Assembly: GCA_036501885.1 (NCBI GenBank)
Contig: DASXZM010000041.1
Coordinates: forward strand, 34,905 to 66,904
DNA: 32,000 nucleotides
Origin: Kofleriaceae bacterium
GTDB taxonomy: Bacteria; Myxococcota_A; Polyangia; Haliangiales; Haliangiaceae
Direction of reading: 5' to 3'
A program made the position numbers and the translations under genes. The notes below the pieces were generated by a model. That model was not told the DNA's origin. It ran no database searches and was given only the letters and a program-made list of their open reading frames with translations. The stretch's first letter is position 1, and every line of letters starts with the position of its first letter. Shown piece after piece: positions 8,764 to 15,783 of this stretch.

Positions 8764-10253
8764 TCGTCGGGCTGCGTGGCGTCGGGCCCGTCGGGCACGT
8801 GCAGCGCGCGCGCGAGCAGCGTGCCGATCGCCGCGACCGCGAGGTTGAGCGCGACGGCGAGCAGGCCCGCGTAGATCGAGACGTCGCCGAGCTTGAACGC
8901 GGAGCCGCCGAAGTGCGCGCGGTGCGTGGTCGCGTTCGGCGTGAGGTAGAGCATCGTGAAGCCGGCCGCCATGCCGATGACGAGGCCGCCGATCAGCGCG
9001 GACTTGTGGAACCAGCGTGTGAACAGGCCGAGCCCGACGACGGGAAACGTCTGCAGGATGATCACGCCGCCGATCAGTTGCAGGTCGATCGAGAACTGCG
9101 GCGCGATCAGCACGATGCAGACGAGCGCGCCGAGCTTGACGAACAACGAGGCGAGCTTCGAGACGCGCGCCTGGTCGGCGTGGCTCGCGTCTTTCGAGAT
9201 GTACTCGACGTAGATGTTGCGCGTGAACAAGTTCGCGGCCGCGATCGACATGATCGCGGCGGGCACGAGCGCGCCGATGCCGATCGCCGCGAACGCCACG
9301 CCGGCGAACCAGTGCGGGAACATCTTCTCGAACAGCGCCGGCACGATCGTGTTCGGATCGTGATCGACCGGCGAGATCTTCGCGGCGATCGCCATGTAGC
9401 CGAGCAACGCGATCAGGCCGAGCAGCAGCGAATACGCCGGCAGCGTGGCCATGTTGCGCTTGATGACGTCGCGATTCTTGCTCGCGAGCACCGCGGTCGC
9501 CGAGTGCGGATACAAGAACAGCGCGAACGAGCTGCCGAGCGCGAGCGAGATGAACGGCAGCTGCTGGCCGTCGCCGAGCGTCAGCTTGCCGTGAAACTTA
9601 TCGGCGGCGGCGTCGAAGATGTTCCCCCAGCCGCCGAGCTCGTACGGAATGTAGACGACCGCCGCGATGATCACGATGTAGATCAGCCCGTCCTTGACGA
9701 ACGCGATCAGCGCCGGCGCGCGCAAGCCGGATTGATACGTGTACGCGGCGAGGATCGCGAACGCGAGGATCAGCGGCAGATCGCCGGCGAGTCCCATCTG
9801 CTTGAGCACCGCCTCGATGCCGACGAGCTGCAGCGCGATGTATGGCATCGTCGCGACGATCCCGGTGATCGCGACGAGCAGCGCGAGCGTCGGCGAACCG
9901 AACCGTGCACGCACGAAGTCGGCGGGCGTCACGAACCCGTGCTTGTGCGAGACCGACCACAGCCGGATCAGCACGAGGAACACGAGCGGATACGTCGCGA
10001 CGGTGTACGGCATCGCGAAGAAGCCGTACGCGCCCGCCGCGTAGAGCAGCGCCGGCACCGCGACGAACGTGTACGCGGTGTAGAGATCGCCGCCGATCAA
10101 GAACCACGTGACCCACGCGCCGAAGCTGCGGCCGCCGAGGCCCCACTCGTCGAGGTGATCCATCGTCGCCGGCCGCCGCCACTTCGCAGCGACAAAGCCG
10201 ACGCCCGCCACGACGACGAACAGCGTGGTGAAGACGACGAGCTCGACCGTCAT
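8742..10253 (-). CDS. Sodium:solute symporter family permease, MctP-like monocarboxylate transporter type
   Basis: Start MTVELVVFTTLFVVVAGVGFVAAKWRR. SSF-like DEWGLGGRSFGAWVTWFLIGGDLYTAYTF. About 13 hydrophobic segments. Its ATG overlaps the DUF3311 stop (ATGA, 10250-10253). Confidence 0.88.
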   Translation of the reverse strand: MTVELVVFTTLFVVVAGVGFVAAKWRRPATMDHLDEWGLGGRSFGAWVTWFLIGGDLYTAYTFVAVPALLYAAGAYGFFAMPYTVATYPLVFLVLIRLWSVSHKHGFVTPADFVRARFGSPTLALLVAITGIVATMPYIALQLVGIEAVLKQMGLAGDLPLILAFAILAAYTYQSGLRAPALIAFVKDGLIYIVIIAAVVYIPYELGGWGNIFDAAADKFHGKLTLGDGQQLPFISLALGSSFALFLYPHSATAVLASKNRDVIKRNMATLPAYSLLLGLIALLGYMAIAAKISPVDHDPNTIVPALFEKMFPHWFAGVAFAAIGIGALVPAAIMSIAAANLFTRNIYVEYISKDASHADQARVSKLASLFVKLGALVCIVLIAPQFSIDLQLIGGVIILQTFPVVGLGLFTRWFHKSALIGGLVIGMAAGFTMLYLTPNATTHRAHFGGSAFKLGDVSIYAGLLAVALNLAVAAIGTLLARALHVPDGPDATQPDDYFVDRN

Positions 10254-10441
10254 CGCTTGCGGGTCTTTCGATACACGATGCCGGCGCACAGCGCGCCGAG
10301 CCCGACGAACGACAGCTGCAGCCAGTAGAAGCGCGGGAACCCGAACAAGCGCGGCTCGGCGCCGTTATAGATGAACGGCAGCATCGGCACGACGATCGGC
10401 ACGAGCAGTAGCCAGTTCCACGGGCTGCGGTCGCGATTCAT
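10250..10441 (-). CDS. DUF3311-like small membrane protein (usual partner of MctP-type symporters)
   Basis: 63 aa: MNRDRSPWNWLLLVPIVVPMLPFIYNGAEPRLFGFPRFYWLQLSFVGLGALCAGIVYRKTRKR. Two TM segments. Sits directly upstream of the symporter, with ATGA overlaps at both ends. Confidence 0.75.
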   Translation of the reverse strand: MNRDRSPWNWLLLVPIVVPMLPFIYNGAEPRLFGFPRFYWLQLSFVGLGALCAGIVYRKTRKR

Positions 10442-10968
10442 GACAGCGCCTTCGCGGTCTCGGCCCACGCGATGTCGCCGAGCTCGGCGATCGGGTGCAC
10501 GCGCGCGCAGCTCGGGCATGCCCGCGGCGACGCGTTGAACGCATGCACCGCGGCCAGATACGCGGCCTGCACGATGACGCCCGGCGCGATGTCGATCGAA
10601 TGCACGAGCGCGCCGCACGCGCAGAACCACGCGACGGCCTCGCGCACGCCGGGCTCGGCCTTGAGCCGCACTTGCACGTTCTCGCCGTCGGGGAACAAGC
10701 GGCTCGGCATGCACGCCGGGACGTACACCGCGTCACCGGGCACGAGCGACATGGCCGCCGCGCCGGCGAGCTCGATGCGACCGGTGCCCGACATCTGGAT
10801 GATCACCTGATCGGCCTCGCTCACCAGGAAGAACGGCTGCGCGCAGCGGTTGCGCGACAGATGCGGCATCGGATCGGTGCCGGGTTGGCCGACGGGAAAA
10901 TCGTCGTACGAGCCCCACGCGTCGCGCGCGTCCTTGAACACGTTGAGCGTCTTCTTACGTTCGATCAC
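10438..10968 (-). CDS. 3-hydroxyanthranilate 3,4-dioxygenase-like cupin ('cupin B', 176 aa); catalytic metal ligands apparently not conserved
   Basis: The GTG start at 10968 overlaps the upstream stop (GTGA). The C-terminal half AWFCACGALVHSIDI...RACPSCARVHP aligns closely with my remembered Ralstonia 3-HAO sequence (WYCDACGHLVHRVEV...RRCPHCGQVHP). The length matches the 3-HAO family. Confidence 0.78.
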   Translation of the reverse strand: MIERKKTLNVFKDARDAWGSYDDFPVGQPGTDPMPHLSRNRCAQPFFLVSEADQVIIQMSGTGRIELAGAAAMSLVPGDAVYVPACMPSRLFPDGENVQVRLKAEPGVREAVAWFCACGALVHSIDIAPGVIVQAAYLAAVHAFNASPRACPSCARVHPIAELGDIAWAETAKALS

Positions 10969-11618
10969 TGCGACGCCTTCTCGATGTCGGCGCGCGCGCG
11001 GTTCGCGAGGTCCACGTATTGCGCGTAGCGCCGCCAGCCCATCAACTCGCTCGGGAATCGCGGCTGCTCGGCATCGCAGCTCGCGCAGCGTCGAGCGTCT
11101 GCGTTGTACGCGTCGGCGGCATCCGCGTAGAAGCGAATGTTCGCGAGCTCGGGGTAGTGCGCGTGCGCCGGCGCCTGCCAGACGTCGCGATCCATGCGGA
11201 ACACGACCTCGTTGCATTTCGGGCAGCGCAGGATGAACGCCTCGTTCTGCGGCCCGCGCTCCTTCATGCGGATGATGATGAGCGAGATCTGATAGTGCTT
11301 GCCCTCGCTGCCGGCCGGCTGGCGGATGAACGTCGTCACGCCGTGCGTGCCCTGCTGCAGGTACAGCTGGCCGGTCGCGATGAGCCCGCCCTCACTCGCC
11401 ATGCACAGGATCACTTCGGGTACGTCGTTGTAGTGATAGAAGTGCACGCGCGGCGTGTCGGGCAACGTGAGCGACAGCGCCGCCGTCGGCACGATGTCGC
11501 CGGGTCCGACGTACGGGAACAGCGGAATCTGCTCGAGCATCCCCTGGTGGCCCGTCATGTGCTCGAACACGTTGACCTTGATCGGCCGCTTGGTCGGCTC
11601 GCGACCGAACCAGCTCAT
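10965..11618 (-). CDS. Divergent 3-HAO-like cupin ('cupin A', 217 aa) retaining an H-x5-E metal motif
   Basis: ATG 11618 overlaps the upstream stop (ATGA). FYHYNDVPEVILCMAS aligns with DYHDDPLEEFFYQLRG of 3-HAO. LIIIRMKERGPQNEAFILRCPKCNEVVFR and ARRCASCDAEQPRFP match the family's C-terminal Cys-pair region. Confidence 0.72.
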   Translation of the reverse strand: MSWFGREPTKRPIKVNVFEHMTGHQGMLEQIPLFPYVGPGDIVPTAALSLTLPDTPRVHFYHYNDVPEVILCMASEGGLIATGQLYLQQGTHGVTTFIRQPAGSEGKHYQISLIIIRMKERGPQNEAFILRCPKCNEVVFRMDRDVWQAPAHAHYPELANIRFYADAADAYNADARRCASCDAEQPRFPSELMGWRRYAQYVDLANRARADIEKASQ

Positions 11619-11887
11619 CCGCCGACCATCTTCACGAGATCGGCGTAACTCGCCGCGAACTGCTGCTCCTTGATCTCGTCGAATGGAAAGCCGATTCGCT
11701 CGAGCTCGCGCGCGACCGCCTGTTCGGAGTCGGCGTCGTAGATGTTGATGATGAGCCCGTCGGCCATGTTCGCGTAGCACTGCACGAACCGGGCAAACTT
11801 GCTCTCCAGCACGGCTGGAACGCTGTGTTGAAAATCTTCCGGGCTCACGCCCGGCGCGTGGTGCACGACGATGTAACGAGGCACCAC
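11615..11887 (-). CDS. Small DUF4242 (SCO4226-like, ferredoxin-fold, metal-binding) protein
   Basis: 90 aa from GTG 11887 (or 11884): VVPRYIVVHHAPGVSPEDFQ...GLIINIYDADSEQAVARELERIGFPFDEIKE. This resembles the 'MPKYMV.H...G..yC..eA.s.eav....e..G.p.deI.e' pattern I recall for DUF4242. The rest of track ORF 11615..12718 is Arg-rich antisense to the kinase. Confidence 0.5.
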   Translation of the reverse strand: MVPRYIVVHHAPGVSPEDFQHSVPAVLESKFARFVQCYANMADGLIINIYDADSEQAVARELERIGFPFDEIKEQQFAASYADLVKMVGG

Positions 11888-11923
11888 CGAATCGTAGTCG
11901 AACTCGGTATCATTGGGCGGCGG

Positions 11924-13999
11924 GTGCAAGACCGATCGAACGACCGGTTGCTGGTGCTGTCGGAGGCGTTTCGCGCGTTCGCCGAAGGCACGACGGAACC
12001 CGTCGGCTTGCTCGCCACGGTCGCGCGCAAGCTCACCGAGTTGATCGGCGACGCGTGCGTGATCTCGCTCGCCGACGCCGACGGCATCTGGCTCGAGCCG
12101 AGCGCCGCGTTCGCCGCCGACGACAGCCATGCGGCGATGCTGCGTGCCGCGCTCGCGAATCGCGACGGTCGCAGCGGTACCGGCAACGCGGTGCACGCCG
12201 TGCGGACCGGCGAGTCGGTGTTGATCGCGTCGATCGATCCGGCCGAGCTCGCGACGCGCGCCGAGCCCGCGTTCGCCGATGCGGTGCGCACGCTCGGCGT
12301 CCGCAGCTACCTGTCGGTACCGCTGCAGGTGCGCGACCGCCGCATCGGCGTCGCGGCGCTGCTGCGTTATCTGCCGGCAAGCGCGCCGTTCGACGAGCTC
12401 GATCGAACGCTCGCCGCGACGATCGCCGATCACGCCGCACTCGCGATCGCGAACGCGCAGCTCTTGGATTCGGTGCAGCGCGAGCTCGCGGAGCGCGAGA
12501 AGGCCGAGGACCGCGCGAAGGCATTCGTCGCGCTCGTCGAGGCGAGCACCGACATGATCGGCATGGCCGACTTCGACGGCCGCATCTTGTTCTTGAACGC
12601 GGCCGGGCGCGCGCTGATCGGCATCGAGCCCGACTACGACGTGCGCGCCGACACGCTCGGCGACTATCACGCGCCTGCGGAGCTGAGCACCGTGCTCGAG
12701 CGCCGCCGCCAAGGTCATTGGAGCGGCGAGACCGAGTTACTCCACCAAGACAACGGCGAGCGCATCGTCACGAAGGCGAGTGGCTTCCTCGTGCGCGACG
12801 TCGACGGCAAGCCGCTGTGCTACGGCACCGTGCAGCACGATCTGCGCACGATGAAGCGCCTGGAGGCCGAGCTCCGGCAGGCTCAGAAGATGGAGGCACT
12901 CGGGCGCCTCGCCGGCGGCATCGCGCACGACTTCAACAACCTGTTGACGGTGATCTTGAGCTACGCGGCGATGCTCGGGCGCGCGTTGCCCAAAGACAGC
13001 CGCGCCGCCGACGACGTTCACCAGATCGATCGCGCCGCACAGCGCGCCGCCGAGCTGACGCGCCAGCTGCTCGCGTTCAGCCGGCGCCAGGTGCTCGAGC
13101 CCAAGGCGCTCGATCTCGGCGAAGCGCTGCAGGCGATGGCCACGATGATCCGCCGGCTGATCGGCGAGGACATCGAGCTGCGCATCCTCACCGCGGGCAG
13201 CACCGGCGCCGTGATGGTCGACGCGGGTCAGCTCGAGCAGGTCGTGATCAACCTCGTCGTCAATGCGCGCGATGCGATGCAAGGCGGCGGCGTGCTCACG
13301 ATCGAGACGTCGCGCGTGCAGCTCGTGCGCGGCGAGCATGGCCTCGCGCCCGGCTGGTACCACAGCGTCGCGATCACCGATACCGGCACCGGCATCGACG
13401 AGCCGACGCGCGCGCACGTGTTCGATCCGTTCTTCACGACGAAGGAGCACGGCAAGGGCACCGGCCTTGGCCTATCGACCGTGATGGGCATCGTCGAGCA
13501 GAGCGGCGGCTACGTCACCGTCGACAGCGAGCTCGGCCGCGGCTCGACGTTCCACGTCTTTCTGCCCGTCACCGAGCGCGTGCCGGCCGTGCCGCTCGCC
13601 GTGGCGCGCACCGCGACGCCGATCCGCGGCACGCAGCGCATCCTCGTCGTCGAGGACGAAGCGCCGGTGCGCATGCTCATCCGCGAGGTCCTGAGCCAGG
13701 CCGGCTACGACGTGATCGACGCCGTCGACGGCGCGCATGCGCTCGACGTGGCCGCCGCGACCGAAGGCGAGATCGATCTGCTCTTGACCGACGTCATCAT
13801 GCCCAAGCTCAGCGGTCGCGAGCTCGCGCGGCGGTTCGCGCAGCTGCGCCCGACCTCGCGCGTGCTGTACATGTCCGGCTACGCCGATGACAAGCTCGGT
13901 CATCATGGCTTGCTCGATCCCGACGTCGCGCTGATCCAGAAGCCGCTCACGCCCGAGATGCTGCTCCGCCGCGTCCGCGCGCTCCTCGGCGACGGTTAA
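11924..13999 (+). CDS. Hybrid sensor histidine kinase (GAF-PAS-HisKA-HATPase_c-receiver)
   Basis: GAF-like region LLATVARKLTELIGDACVISL...YLSVPLQVRDRRIGVAAL. PAS STDMIGMADFDGRILFLNAAGRALIG. H-box LAGGIAHDFNNLL. N-box VVNARDAM. G-boxes DTGTGID and GKGTGLGLS. Receiver ILVVEDE...LLLTDVIMPKLSG. The start is uncertain: GTG 11924, TTG ~11953, or the track's 11825, which would overlap the divergent gene. Confidence 0.88.
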   Translation: MQDRSNDRLLVLSEAFRAFAEGTTEPVGLLATVARKLTELIGDACVISLADADGIWLEPSAAFAADDSHAAMLRAALANRDGRSGTGNAVHAVRTGESVLIASIDPAELATRAEPAFADAVRTLGVRSYLSVPLQVRDRRIGVAALLRYLPASAPFDELDRTLAATIADHAALAIANAQLLDSVQRELAEREKAEDRAKAFVALVEASTDMIGMADFDGRILFLNAAGRALIGIEPDYDVRADTLGDYHAPAELSTVLERRRQGHWSGETELLHQDNGERIVTKASGFLVRDVDGKPLCYGTVQHDLRTMKRLEAELRQAQKMEALGRLAGGIAHDFNNLLTVILSYAAMLGRALPKDSRAADDVHQIDRAAQRAAELTRQLLAFSRRQVLEPKALDLGEALQAMATMIRRLIGEDIELRILTAGSTGAVMVDAGQLEQVVINLVVNARDAMQGGGVLTIETSRVQLVRGEHGLAPGWYHSVAITDTGTGIDEPTRAHVFDPFFTTKEHGKGTGLGLSTVMGIVEQSGGYVTVDSELGRGSTFHVFLPVTERVPAVPLAVARTATPIRGTQRILVVEDEAPVRMLIREVLSQAGYDVIDAVDGAHALDVAAATEGEIDLLLTDVIMPKLSGRELARRFAQLRPTSRVLYMSGYADDKLGHHGLLDPDVALIQKPLTPEMLLRRVRALLGDG

Positions 14000-14157
14000 T
14001 CCCAGAGATCGCCTGTGTTGGTCTCGTCGTGCCACGTGCTCGTGCCACGTGCTCGTGCACGTGCTCGTCCACGATCTTGCTTGCGTTCGAAGATCTCGTT
14101 CGCACGCAGTTCGCGCCTCACGAGGTCAAATCGAAACTGATTCTGCGACGAGATCAT
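13996..14157 (-). CDS. Candidate unannotated 53-aa ORF downstream of the DMT permease gene
   Basis: GGGAG (complement of 14164-14168), then 6 nt, then ATG (14157..14155). Translation: MISSQNQFRFDLVRRELRANEIFERKQDRGRARARARGTSTWHDETNTGDLWD. Its TAA overlaps the kinase TAA (TTAA at 13996-13999). GC3 is only moderate and the ORF spans the tandem repeat, so coding status is doubtful. Confidence 0.3.
   Translation of the reverse strand: MISSQNQFRFDLVRRELRANEIFERKQDRGRARARARGTSTWHDETNTGDLWD
14023..14075. repeat. Tandem ~13-bp direct repeat carrying three CACGTG palindromes
   Basis: GCCACGTGCTCGT (14031-14043), GCCACGTGCTCGT (14044-14056), GCACGTGCTCGT (14057-14068), then a partial CCACG. Flanked upstream by CTCGTCGT. 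Confidence 0.75.
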
Positions 14158-14208
14158 CAGGATCTCCCGAAACGCGGCCCGCAGGCGCGTGCAGGTGCAA
14201 CAACCCCT

Positions 14209-15129
14209 CTAGCGATCTTGCGGTTCCATGTTGGTGTGTTGCGCGATCTGCAGGCTCTTGCGCGCGCCGTTGAGCACGACGAGCGCGAGCAAGATCGCGG
14301 CGCCCGCGTAGAACTTGACGCTCAGCTTCTCGGTTTCGGGATAGAGCAGCGCGCCGAGCACCAACGCGTACACGGTCTCCAAGTTCACGCACACCGCGAT
14401 CGTGAACGGCGACAGCGTGCGCAGCACGATCAGCGCCCACACTTGCGGCACGACGGTGCAGCAAAACGCGAGCACGCCGAGCCACCACAGGTCGGCATGC
14501 GACAGCTGCGACGGCGCGACGTACTCGCCGGGCACGATCACGAACGCGATCGTCACGACCGCGAGCGCCGCGAGCATCTCGTGAAACAAGAGGCGCATCG
14601 GCGGCTCGTGCGGCGCGAGCTTGCCGTTGAGCACGCCGAAGATCGCGCTGAACAGCGCCGAGCCGAAGCCGAGCGCGACACCGAACGGATCGGGATGACC
14701 TTGCAGCTGCACGAGCAGCGCGACGCCGACCACGACGACTCCGCCGATCACGACCTCACCGACGTCGACGCGGCGTCGATACACGATCGGCTCGATCAGC
14801 GCGGTGAAGAACGCGAGCGTCGACAGCGTCAACACCGCGATCGCGATGCCGGCCTGCTTGATCGAGCCGTAGAAGCACAGCCAATGAATGCCGATGAACG
14901 CACCGACCACGGCCGCGCGGCCGAACGACTGCAGCGACGCGCGCAACGGCTCGCGACGTGCCGTCAGGATCACGGCGAGCATCACGGCGACGAACAGGAT
15001 GCGATACCAGACGAGCGGGATCGCGTGGATCGAGATCTGGTGGCCGAGGATCGCGGTGAAGCCCCACAGCAGCACGGTCACGTGAAGCAGCGCGTGCGCG
15101 GCGGGGCGCGAGAGCTGCTTCGATGTCAC
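14209..15129 (-). CDS. DMT superfamily (EamA-like) permease
   Basis: 306 aa with about 10 hydrophobic helices and an EamA-type N-terminus HALLHVTVLLWGFTAILG. The GTG start lies 10 nt after the upstream stop. Confidence 0.82.
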   Translation of the reverse strand: MTSKQLSRPAAHALLHVTVLLWGFTAILGHQISIHAIPLVWYRILFVAVMLAVILTARREPLRASLQSFGRAAVVGAFIGIHWLCFYGSIKQAGIAIAVLTLSTLAFFTALIEPIVYRRRVDVGEVVIGGVVVVGVALLVQLQGHPDPFGVALGFGSALFSAIFGVLNGKLAPHEPPMRLLFHEMLAALAVVTIAFVIVPGEYVAPSQLSHADLWWLGVLAFCCTVVPQVWALIVLRTLSPFTIAVCVNLETVYALVLGALLYPETEKLSVKFYAGAAILLALVVLNGARKSLQIAQHTNMEPQDR

Positions 15130-15139
15130 CGCGGGTATC

Positions 15140-15751
15140 TTAGCGGCGAAGCGCTCGTCGCGCGATCAGCTGGTCGACCTCGTCGGCCCACGCGGCGCGA
15201 AGATCGCGCTCGGCGCGCCCGCTCGGGTCTTCGCGATACGGACCACCTTCGTGGTCCACGGCATGCGCGCGCTCGGCCTCGGCATACGCGTCACGCAGGC
15301 GCCGCGGGATCCGCGCGATCGTGTGCACGATCGCTCGGGCATCACCGCCGTTCGTGATCGGACGCGCGATCGAGAGCCGCACGAAGTTGCCGAACCGCGT
15401 GGTCAGCTCGGCGGCTCGCTCGCGGCGTAGCAAATCGCGCAGTGGCGCGTCGATGAAGTGCGACACGACCTCGGCCGGCGCGCCGTCGACGCCGTCCAGC
15501 GCGAACGGGTAGCCGCGTGGCAGATCGACCTCGAGCTCGGTCCACAGCTTTCCGCGGCGCCGCGCGTAGCCGATGCGGATGGCCGCGCCGTCGTGCTCGA
15601 GATGCACGAGGTCCATGAAGTAGTTGCCGCCGAGCTCGCGCGCCAGCTCCTCGAGCTCGCGCTCGAAGCGCCGGCGTGGCGAGTCGCGGGTCAGGAGCGC
15701 GGCGATCGCGTCGGGGATCGCGTCGAACAAGAAGTCGATCAGAAACTCCAC
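15140..15751 (-). CDS. Hypothetical soluble protein (203 aa), no family recognised
   Basis: The GTG start lies 32 nt after the cyclase stop. High GC3. Sequence (M)EFLIDFLFDAIPDAIAALL...; no TM segment and no motif I recognise. Confidence 0.65.
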   Translation of the reverse strand: MEFLIDFLFDAIPDAIAALLTRDSPRRRFERELEELARELGGNYFMDLVHLEHDGAAIRIGYARRRGKLWTELEVDLPRGYPFALDGVDGAPAEVVSHFIDAPLRDLLRRERAAELTTRFGNFVRLSIARPITNGGDARAIVHTIARIPRRLRDAYAEAERAHAVDHEGGPYREDPSGRAERDLRAAWADEVDQLIARRALRR

Positions 15752-15783
15752 ATCCGATCAACGCGCGAGCCGCCGCGAACGTT

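Noticed and set aside
7920-10328. 802-aa plus-strand ORF spanning the lipoprotein and symporter genes
   Set aside because: The composition is highly charged Arg/Asp/Glu. It is antisense to a clear 13-TM SSF permease and out of frame with the lipoprotein.
14023-14075. Possible CRISPR or minisatellite
   Set aside because: The units are 12-13 bp and directly abutting with no spacers, and there are fewer than four copies. It is not a CRISPR array, so it is reported as a simple tandem repeat.
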